The notes below the pieces were generated by a model. The model worked only from the letters and a program-made list of their open reading frames with translations. It was not told the origin of the DNA and made no database searches. Shown here one piece after another: positions 55,427 to 63,459 of a stretch of 64,000 bases of DNA; positions within the stretch are counted from its first letter, which is position 1, and the number at the start of each line of letters is the position of its first letter. Source of the DNA: Euryarchaeota archaeon UBA130 (GTDB lineage: Archaea > Thermoplasmatota > Poseidoniia > Poseidoniales > Thalassarchaeaceae); the NCBI GenBank assembly GCA_002505775.1, contig DAVY01000007.1:12656-76655 (forward strand), written 5' to 3'. The translations under genes and the position numbers were made by a program.

Positions 55427-57553
55427 ATGAAGTCAGAACCAGAGTCATGCAGGCCACAAGATTGGGGTAAATTCGAGATAATAAGTCGAGATGGAGCAGC
55501 TAGGATTGGAAAGTTTCACACATTACATGGGGCAATAACTACTCCTATGCTTCTCCCAGTTGTAAATCCAAATTTACGCACCATAGAGCCTAGAGAAATG
55601 TGGGAAAAGTACGGGGTGGAGGCACTGATAACTAATTCATATGTAATTTGGAAACATGAAAAACTTAGAGTCCCAGCTAAACAAGACGGCATCCACAAAC
55701 TCATAGATTTCCCTGGGGCCATAGTCACAGATTCAGGAACATTCCAGTCCTACGTTTATGGAGATGTGGAGGTATCTCCAAAGGAAATTGTGGAATTTCA
55801 AAGAGAAATCGGCGTTGATGTTGGGACAATGCTCGATGTCTTTGGTAGGCCTGATATGAGTAGGGAAGAGGCTGAGAATTCGGTCAATGAGACCTACAAT
55901 AGAGTTTCTCTATCACTATCCGAGGCCGGGGACTCAATATTACTCAATGGGCCTATCCAAGGAGGGGTGTATGAGGATCTAAGGGCAAAATCAGCTAAGC
56001 TGATGAGTCGAGTGGATGAATCAGGAGCTACATTTGCCATACATCCGATTGGAGGAATAGTTCCCCTAATGGAGAAGCAAAGGTACCAAGAATTATTTTC
56101 CATCATTCTGGCAGTGAAATCCCAGATTCCACCAAACAAACCAATTCACATGTTCGGTTGCGGACATCCAATGCTATTCCCCCTCTCAGTGGCCCTTGGA
56201 GTTGACTTTTTCGATAGTGCTGCCTATGTGTTGTTTGCTCGTGATGATAGGATACTAACTCCAGAAGGAACCGTGAAGGTCCAAGGTCTCAAAGAGTGGC
56301 CAATATCTTCGGAGGCACTGTTTGGCAGGACTCCAAGTGAAGTTCTCTCGCTACCAAAAGAAGAGAGATCCGAGATTTTAGCTAAGCACAATCTAGAGGT
56401 TACCCAGTCAGAGCTTTCCAAATGCAGAGAAGCAATCAGGAATGGTTCTATTTGGAGATTAGCGGAGGTTAGGAGTCATGCGTCCCCAAGACTTAGAGAG
56501 GCATTTGAGTGGGTCATTAATCAGCTCGAAAAACTGGAAGAGACCGAGGTAGGGAGCTCGCTATTGGATATAATGGCCTCAACCAATCCAATCAGAAAGG
56601 GCGGAGAGCCATTATCAGATGATATCGAATACAGGCCACATATTCTACATTTGATGGCCCTTATTTCTCTCCGATGGAGGCCCCCGGGATCTTGGTGGGA
56701 TGGTAGCTCAGGCCCCGTAGAAAAAGTCCTGATATTGGATAATTCTCCTCCTCCTTGGAGGGAGGGATCTATGGGCACAATCGTAAATCATCTACTCGAC
56801 TGCCCTAGGACCGTAGTCCTAATCTCCACGCCACTCGGTCCTGTCCCTTATTCGTTCGAAGACGTGTCCCCCTTCTGCCATGTAGATGGTTCAGATAATA
56901 TTTGGAATAATCAGACCGATTTGAATGACACTTCGGAAGAAATCTTGTACCTAGGTTTGGAAAACTCAGATGTAGTCATTTCAAAGTCATCTGAACCACT
57001 TCAATCATCATCTTCAGAAATTGACAAAGTGAGGGCTTGGCTAGACAGATGCTCGATTGTAGACAAGCTCTCAGTCTTTTGTGCGACACATCCGTTCAAA
57101 CTGTGTGAGATTACTAACTCAATGAACTCGAGAAGATCAAATACTGATAGAATGGTAAACGTCAGTTTTGGGGGCGTTCATGCCTTGTCTCCTAGGTTGA
57201 AGGATGGAGGGGTTTCGCTGACTGCAGAGGGAGCTAGGATTCTTTATTCTCTCAATGATGGCCCACCAGATCTTTTCGGTGAAACAAATCCCGATGAAGA
57301 GAAAGACTTCCCAGGAATCCCTAGAGTAATGATAAGAGATGATGCCATTCCTTTTGTTGGGAAGGGCAGGAACGTAATGCACGGCTATGTCATAGGCGCT
57401 GACTCACATGTCACACCCGGACAACCCTGTGTGGTAGTTTCTGAAAAAGGAGAGCTAGTAGCCCATGGAGTCCCAACTTCGACTTCTTCTGAGATGGCCT
57501 GTTTTACCAAGGGAATCGCCGTAAAGGTCAGACAAGGCGTCCTGAAAGAGTAG
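55427..57553 (+). CDS. tgtA: Archaeosine tRNA-guanine transglycosylase (ArcTGT) with a C-terminal PUA domain; zinc-site cysteines substituted
   Basis: GAARIGKFHTLHGAITTPMLLPVVNP, VTDSGTFQ (catalytic Asp), GVDFFDSAAY (catalytic Asp) and C-terminal PUA-like GRNVMHGYVIGADSHVTPGQPCVVV..GIAVKVRQG. ATG at 55427 preferred over 55385, which overlaps the AcnX gene. Confidence 0.88.
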   Translation: MKSEPESCRPQDWGKFEIISRDGAARIGKFHTLHGAITTPMLLPVVNPNLRTIEPREMWEKYGVEALITNSYVIWKHEKLRVPAKQDGIHKLIDFPGAIVTDSGTFQSYVYGDVEVSPKEIVEFQREIGVDVGTMLDVFGRPDMSREEAENSVNETYNRVSLSLSEAGDSILLNGPIQGGVYEDLRAKSAKLMSRVDESGATFAIHPIGGIVPLMEKQRYQELFSIILAVKSQIPPNKPIHMFGCGHPMLFPLSVALGVDFFDSAAYVLFARDDRILTPEGTVKVQGLKEWPISSEALFGRTPSEVLSLPKEERSEILAKHNLEVTQSELSKCREAIRNGSIWRLAEVRSHASPRLREAFEWVINQLEKLEETEVGSSLLDIMASTNPIRKGGEPLSDDIEYRPHILHLMALISLRWRPPGSWWDGSSGPVEKVLILDNSPPPWREGSMGTIVNHLLDCPRTVVLISTPLGPVPYSFEDVSPFCHVDGSDNIWNNQTDLNDTSEEILYLGLENSDVVISKSSEPLQSSSSEIDKVRAWLDRCSIVDKLSVFCATHPFKLCEITNSMNSRRSNTDRMVNVSFGGVHALSPRLKDGGVSLTAEGARILYSLNDGPPDLFGETNPDEEKDFPGIPRVMIRDDAIPFVGKGRNVMHGYVIGADSHVTPGQPCVVVSEKGELVAHGVPTSTSSEMACFTKGIAVKVRQGVLKE

Positions 57554-57651
57554 TGCAAAATTGATTAATTTATCATATTATATTCGGGGATTAATTCAAG
57601 TGATGTCCTCTAGAGGGTCCATTGACTCCCTACGGGAGTCGGGTGACTAAC

Positions 57652-58644
57652 ATGGCCTCAGAAACCTCCGAAGGGTTGCTAATTACTGCAAAATCCCTGA
57701 AGAAGATGTATGGCCCACATCTCGCCTTGGATGATATTAATCTCGAAATCCCTCCGGGTGCAATAGGGATTCTAGGGCCTAACGGTGCGGGCAAGTCAAC
57801 ATTTTTCAAGTGCCTTCTGGGCCTGATAAAGACCACCTCTGGAGAGGGTTCGGTCCTTGGACATGATATCAGGACAGAAGGCGATTTGATTAGATCCAAG
57901 ATAGGATATATGCCCGAGTATGACTCATTAGATCCAGGTCTAACCGCGATCGATCAGGTAAGGTATTCAGGCGAGTTACTTGGAATGAACCCAGACTCAG
58001 CTACTCAAAGAGCGCATGAGGTACTACAGTATGTTGGGTTGAAAGATCAGAGGTATAGAAAGATTGAGACATTCAGCACCGGAATGAAACAAGCGGCTAA
58101 ACTGGCTTGCGCCCTGATACATGATCCAGACATTCTAATTTGCGACGAGCCAACAAATGGCCTTGATCAAAGGGCTAGGGAGTTTATGCTGCAGACCCTG
58201 AAAAAGACAGTTTCTGAAGGAGGGAGATCTGTCTTAATGAGCAGTCATGTCATGGATGATGTGGAGAGAGTCTGTGATAGGATTGTGATGATTCACAAAG
58301 GGAAGATAGTCGTCCACAGAAGTATTGACGAAATGGTCAACCAAGTCGAGAAAGAAATCGAGATATCCGTTTGGGGCGGAGCGTCAAGAATGGAACAAGA
58401 ATTGTCTTCCATTGGTCTTTCGGTAAGGAGAATGGGCAGGAATATGAGAGTCACCAAGGTCGATGAGGAGACATATACGAATATCCTTTCTTCAGCCGCC
58501 AAAGCGAAAGTACAAGTCAGAAAAATGACTGATTACGAGCCCGATTTAGAAGATATCTTTCTTTTAATTATGGATAAGCTAGGTGAGGATGTAAAGGAGA
58601 CTGATGATCTCATTACTCCTCGTTACACGGGGGAAGGGCCATGA
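57652..58644 (+). CDS. ABC transporter ATP-binding protein 1 (ABC-2 subfamily type) with a ~100-aa C-terminal extension
   Basis: Walker A GPNGAGKST, signature FSTGMKQAA, Walker B ILICDEPTNGLD, H-loop SSHVM. ATG at 57652 preferred over TTG at 57622. Confidence 0.88.
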   Translation: MASETSEGLLITAKSLKKMYGPHLALDDINLEIPPGAIGILGPNGAGKSTFFKCLLGLIKTTSGEGSVLGHDIRTEGDLIRSKIGYMPEYDSLDPGLTAIDQVRYSGELLGMNPDSATQRAHEVLQYVGLKDQRYRKIETFSTGMKQAAKLACALIHDPDILICDEPTNGLDQRAREFMLQTLKKTVSEGGRSVLMSSHVMDDVERVCDRIVMIHKGKIVVHRSIDEMVNQVEKEIEISVWGGASRMEQELSSIGLSVRRMGRNMRVTKVDEETYTNILSSAAKAKVQVRKMTDYEPDLEDIFLLIMDKLGEDVKETDDLITPRYTGEGP

Positions 58645-59654
58645 AAAATGAGCTTGACATTTCAGGTGGAACGACTAGGATGGAGTCGGCATTCGGCTCT
58701 GGGGATGGTGATGATGAGGCAACTGCATCTGTCGCGCAAAAAGCTGAAGTTAAAGCCTCAATTTACGAACAGACCTATCGTCCATGGAGAGGCTCTCTAG
58801 GGCCCAGGTGGGTTAGGAATTACGCGATTTTTAGGCACCACGTATACGGAATATTCTCCAGTAAGGGCCATAGACACTATCATCCATTGGTAAGACTAAC
58901 AATTTTGATAGTATTTCTCTTCTCGATTTCTCCTGTTGCAATGCTATTCCTGGCCTCTCTAGGAGGGCAAGGGGGATTTGGTGAAATCCTCTCAAGAATG
59001 TGGGGCATAAATAGGTACAATTTATGGGGCCAAGTATTAGGATTCTTTCCTCGCAATCTCTGTATGTGGCCACTACTAACAGCGTTGGTTGTTGGAGGCA
59101 TGATTTCTGATGATAGGAGGAATGGGACCAGCGCGATTTATTTTTCTAGACCGGTGAATAGGACAGATTACACCGCAATGAAGTATCTCAGTAGTGCAGT
59201 GGTTCTAGGTTTCGTAATTGTTTTCTCGTACATTGTATACTACACGAGTGCCATTGTTCTGAATGGCGAGGGATGGGCCTTCCTTATCGATACGTTCCCA
59301 ATCTTCATGGGCGGACTAATTGCTGGAATCCTCCTAGTAATAACATACACTTCAATAGGATTAGCTTTATCGAGTATTAGTCAAAGTAGATTCTTCGCTG
59401 CCGTAGCCTTCCTCGCGGTAATTTATGGTACGAAAATGGTCGCCTTCCTGATTGAATCAACATTCGATTCTTCGATCCTCTATTTACTAAGCCCGTACGA
59501 TGGACTCGCTCACATAGGGCAATGGCTAGTCGGCATAGAGTCGAACTATGACCATCCCTTATCATTATCAATTGTATCAATACTATTGATTAACTTCCTA
59601 TCTCTGTTGTTATTGACAAGTAGAGTAAGCTCTTTGGAGGTGACAAGGGAATGA
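58641..59654 (+). CDS. ABC-2-type permease-like membrane protein 1
   Basis: 337 aa. About 70 aa of cytoplasmic N-terminus, then about 6 TM helices. 4-nt overlaps with both flanking ATPase genes. Confidence 0.65.
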   Translation: MKNELDISGGTTRMESAFGSGDGDDEATASVAQKAEVKASIYEQTYRPWRGSLGPRWVRNYAIFRHHVYGIFSSKGHRHYHPLVRLTILIVFLFSISPVAMLFLASLGGQGGFGEILSRMWGINRYNLWGQVLGFFPRNLCMWPLLTALVVGGMISDDRRNGTSAIYFSRPVNRTDYTAMKYLSSAVVLGFVIVFSYIVYYTSAIVLNGEGWAFLIDTFPIFMGGLIAGILLVITYTSIGLALSSISQSRFFAAVAFLAVIYGTKMVAFLIESTFDSSILYLLSPYDGLAHIGQWLVGIESNYDHPLSLSIVSILLINFLSLLLLTSRVSSLEVTRE

Positions 59655-60583
59655 CATCAGAACTCCCAGCAGTAATGCTAGAGTCCGTATCTAAGTGGTA
59701 CGGAGAAGTAATTGGGATCAATGATGTGTCGCTAGCCATAGATGGCGGTGTTACGGGAGTCTTGGGCCCAAATGGGGCTGGCAAGTCCACATTGTTCAAG
59801 CTATTACTCGGAAGACTCAGGCCAAGCCAGGGGTCGGTAAGACTCTTCGGAACAGATCCGTGGGAGAGTACATCCCCTTTCAGGAGAGTGGGCTATGTCA
59901 GTGAAACCGAACCACTCTATGAGTGGATGACGGCTCTCGATTTTCTTACTACTATGGCAAGATTGCATGGCATGACCAGAGATGAGGCCAAGGAAAGAGC
60001 AGAGCATGTTTTAGACTTCGTCGGCCTCACCGACGTCAGACACAAGGAAGTCGGCAAGTACAGCAAAGGCATGCGTCAAAGGGTCAAAATCGCTCACGCA
60101 TTAGTCCATGACCCCGACTTAATTATCCTTGATGAGCCACTTCATGGATGCGACCCATTGGCTAGAACTAGCATTATGAGTGTGATTAGGGAATTGGGTA
60201 ATCGAGGGAAGACTGTCATTGTTTCAAGCCACATTCTTGAAGAAATAGAGAGAATAACGGAACAGATTGTCATACTTCACAACGGCAGACTATTGGCACT
60301 GGGTAATTTGCATGCGATAAGGGGCCTTCTTGACAAGCACCCCCATAGGATAATGTTGGAGACAGAATCCCCAAGGGAACTAGCGAAGGAACTCATATCA
60401 GAGGACCCAATATATGGAGTGAGATTCCCAGAAGAAGGATGTTTGGAGATTCAAACCGGTGACCTATCAGAAGCACATGCAATTCTGCCCAATGCAATTG
60501 TCAAGTCAGGAATCAGGGTCACTTCGGTTGAAAATCCAGATGATAACTTAGATTCACTTCTCGGATATCTGGTGGGTGGTTAA
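59651..60583 (+). CDS. ABC transporter ATP-binding protein 2
   Basis: Walker A GPNGAGKSTL, signature YSKGMRQRV, Walker B LIILDEPLHGCD, H-loop SSHIL. Confidence 0.88.
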   Translation: MTSELPAVMLESVSKWYGEVIGINDVSLAIDGGVTGVLGPNGAGKSTLFKLLLGRLRPSQGSVRLFGTDPWESTSPFRRVGYVSETEPLYEWMTALDFLTTMARLHGMTRDEAKERAEHVLDFVGLTDVRHKEVGKYSKGMRQRVKIAHALVHDPDLIILDEPLHGCDPLARTSIMSVIRELGNRGKTVIVSSHILEEIERITEQIVILHNGRLLALGNLHAIRGLLDKHPHRIMLETESPRELAKELISEDPIYGVRFPEEGCLEIQTGDLSEAHAILPNAIVKSGIRVTSVENPDDNLDSLLGYLVGG

Positions 60584-60585
60584 AC

Positions 60586-62250
60586 ATGGACGTTCAAGGA
60601 AGAGAGCTATCCGAGACCGTTTGGACGAGGATGGATAGGAAGGCTGGAGCGGTGGTAGAACTGACCATAAGGCAACTAAGGCACAAAATTTCAACTTGGG
60701 TCGTTTTGTCTCTTGGAACGGTACTGATGATCATGCTACTAGCATTTTATGTTGATGCGGTCAGAGAGGGATTTGAACCCGTGGATAATGATGGTGATAG
60801 CGTTGATGCCGATCGAGATGGGTACCCTCTCGGACAAGAGAGAAAATACGGGACCAGTGACTGGGATGGAGAGCAATTCCCAGGATCAGGCACATACATA
60901 TACGAGGGAGAAATCGATTGGAATGACCAGAATAGAGAAATTTCTGGAAATAAAACATGGGAGGGAATGTCATTCCTAGACTCAACTTGGATTGATTTTG
61001 ATTACAAAGGAGGGCAATGGGACTACATCATAGATTGGGATGATGTAACTGATTGCCAAGATACTCGAGGGGAAGTATTCGTTGATTGGATTCCTGATTA
61101 TTCCACGGCTTGTCAATTAGAAAATGGAACATACGCCACAAATGGGAAGTTTACTGCCGAGGGCAATCTAACTGTCCCAATAGATTACTTTCTGTCATGG
61201 GGGTATATTACGGGAATATTTGATGTCCCGAAGGATCCGAAAGAAATGTACATCGACGAAGACGACATCGATTGGGACGGCTCAGGAGGGAGCCAAGGTT
61301 TCGATGATGATGGCGATTGTCTCAGAATTGACTGGTACACGCAGGTCGATGGAAATGGAGATATGATGTGGTGGCAAGAGCCACACTATCCAGACTCCAA
61401 TTTGAACGGTATCCCCTGTGATGTAGTTTGGGTAATTGATCCAGAAACCGGAGAAGTAATTTCGATAAATGCCGACTCTTCAGTCGACGAAGACCCTGTA
61501 GATGAGAACTATGTCGGAGAGGCCGGACATAGGACCTTTGTCATAGCTACAGGAAAGATAGCGTTTGTACTTCTTCTCGGCCTATTCTTGCCTCTATTTC
61601 TCTCACTAGGACTGGTCCGGGATGAGACTGAGAGAGGAACTCTGCACTATCTACTTTCAAAACCAATCCACAGAGGGGAATTCATCTTTTATCGCGTTTT
61701 GGGATATTTGGCAGTGGTCTCCGTCTTTGTTCTTATCCTATCGCTGGTTATGGCCTTAATCACCTCTGTAATAGGGCCCGGGGATAGTTTTGTTAGACTT
61801 GGTGACTTCCCTGTTTGGCTAGGAATTGCATTTACAACAATTCTAGTCCTCGCAGCCTATGGTTCTTTATTCAACACAATAGGCCTACTTCTCCCCAAGT
61901 ACGGTGTATACCTGTGTATAATCATCGGAGTTTGGGAGTTCGCAATGGGGTTCACGACACTAATTTCTCCCAGTTCGTCAGTCGCATCCCTGTCCGTCTC
62001 GCACTGGGGCCTGCAACTGATTGACTCTGTTGTCTTGGCATCTTGGCCTGATACCATTCAATTCTCCCAGATGTCCTATGCGTTTGGCTTGGAAACTGGC
62101 CTGGAATGGATCTGGTCACCTCCGGTTCATACTTTGGACACAAATAGCCCGTATCTCGGAATAATAACATCGACAATTGTCTTGTTAGGAACGTCTGCTG
62201 CCATGATTGGAATTGGAAGCGCAGTCTTCAGTAAGAGGGAGATAATGTGA
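60586..62250 (+). CDS. ABC-2-type permease-like membrane protein 2 with a ~260-aa acidic, Trp-rich, Ca-binding-like ectodomain
   Basis: TM1 (WVVLSLGTVLMIMLLAFYV), then an acidic domain with DNDGDSVDADRDGYP and DDDGDC (thrombospondin type-3-like DxDxDG repeats), then about 5 TM helices. Confidence 0.65.
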   Translation: MDVQGRELSETVWTRMDRKAGAVVELTIRQLRHKISTWVVLSLGTVLMIMLLAFYVDAVREGFEPVDNDGDSVDADRDGYPLGQERKYGTSDWDGEQFPGSGTYIYEGEIDWNDQNREISGNKTWEGMSFLDSTWIDFDYKGGQWDYIIDWDDVTDCQDTRGEVFVDWIPDYSTACQLENGTYATNGKFTAEGNLTVPIDYFLSWGYITGIFDVPKDPKEMYIDEDDIDWDGSGGSQGFDDDGDCLRIDWYTQVDGNGDMMWWQEPHYPDSNLNGIPCDVVWVIDPETGEVISINADSSVDEDPVDENYVGEAGHRTFVIATGKIAFVLLLGLFLPLFLSLGLVRDETERGTLHYLLSKPIHRGEFIFYRVLGYLAVVSVFVLILSLVMALITSVIGPGDSFVRLGDFPVWLGIAFTTILVLAAYGSLFNTIGLLLPKYGVYLCIIIGVWEFAMGFTTLISPSSSVASLSVSHWGLQLIDSVVLASWPDTIQFSQMSYAFGLETGLEWIWSPPVHTLDTNSPYLGIITSTIVLLGTSAAMIGIGSAVFSKREIM

Positions 62251-62254
62251 TTGC

Positions 62255-63451
62255 ATGAGCGAAGAAGATTTACACTTCAAAGGAGACTTCTCCTCCCTGT
62301 GGAGGTTGGATGTCATGCCCCCGATTCGCAGACTTTCATGGTGGTGGTGGTGGGCACTGATTCTCATTCCCGATGCAGAAAATCCAGGAAGATCAAAGCA
62401 ACTGATGGTTCTATGGTCTACAAAAGAAACTCCTGCAATAAGGGTGAGTGGACATTGGTGGAAGCCCGGTGGAAGGATGTTCGTGGATGAGGATGGAGGA
62501 CATGTAATACCCGGTATGGTCTGTGCGTGGTGGTTTGACGGAGAGAAGATGTTTGAACCCTTAGTCAAGAGGGAATGTAGGATGGCTAGTATCTCGGACA
62601 CTCACCCACTTTGGCCAGGCGAAGGAAAGGGAGAGGGTGCTGGCGCGGTGGTTCCACTAACTGACGAGGACATGTCCATAGGAATGGCACCAGGAAACAA
62701 ATCATTCTGGATCAACCTCTCTAGTGATGAGGAGGCCATATCCAAAGGGGCCCCTGCCAAATTCAAAGCAGAGCTAACTCCTTGGTGGGGCCCCCCAAGC
62801 GAATTAACTTACAGGAACAATGTATATTTTCTGGGAATGGGGTACGACATACTCAGACTTCAAGCCACAAAATGCAGGCTTTTAGTGGACGGAGAGGTTA
62901 TGGAGGGAACAGGATATTTCCAGAAGGTATCAGTGCAGGCCCCATCATTCCCTTGGTTTTGGGGGATGCTACATTTCGATGATGGCTCATATCTGGACTG
63001 GTTCATGCCTCATGTAACGCCGATGTGGTCAGCTCGGGATGATGAGCCATGGAGGTTGAGAGATTTCTTCAGAACCCCAAACATAGGAACAGGAGTTTTC
63101 CATGACCGTAAGACAGGAAAGACCCAGAATTTCAATAACTGCACTGTTGAACTCTCCAAGCAAAATTCCCCTGATGCATTGAAGGACGAGAAAGGAAAAC
63201 CTTTGCCGGAATTCTTGGTAAGGGTATGGAACGAAGATTCGAGTGCTAAGATAAGGGTGAGGGCAGTCAGCAGGGCCAGATGGGTTTTTGATCAGCCAAC
63301 TAGGGCATCATGGGTCAGCCACCTTACTTACAATGAATACCCATTAGAGGTCATCTCGATTAATTACGAGGACTCAGAGGGGTCGAGGAATGAGAGCGAT
63401 TATCAGTGGATCCACGGTAATGCCGAGCATGCATGGGGAGTTCTTCATTAG
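62255..63451 (+). CDS. Hypothetical soluble Trp-rich protein (weak motif resemblance to the tocopherol cyclase / CrtC / AttH-like superfamily)
   Basis: 398-aa ORF 4 nt after the permease stop. RRLSWWWWWALILIPD and SFPWFWGMLHFDDG loosely recall FEGWYVRLLLP and FPSRWFWLQ of tocopherol cyclase. The assignment is very tentative. Confidence 0.55.
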   Translation: MSEEDLHFKGDFSSLWRLDVMPPIRRLSWWWWWALILIPDAENPGRSKQLMVLWSTKETPAIRVSGHWWKPGGRMFVDEDGGHVIPGMVCAWWFDGEKMFEPLVKRECRMASISDTHPLWPGEGKGEGAGAVVPLTDEDMSIGMAPGNKSFWINLSSDEEAISKGAPAKFKAELTPWWGPPSELTYRNNVYFLGMGYDILRLQATKCRLLVDGEVMEGTGYFQKVSVQAPSFPWFWGMLHFDDGSYLDWFMPHVTPMWSARDDEPWRLRDFFRTPNIGTGVFHDRKTGKTQNFNNCTVELSKQNSPDALKDEKGKPLPEFLVRVWNEDSSAKIRVRAVSRARWVFDQPTRASWVSHLTYNEYPLEVISINYEDSEGSRNESDYQWIHGNAEHAWGVLH

Positions 63452-63459
63452 GTGATAGA

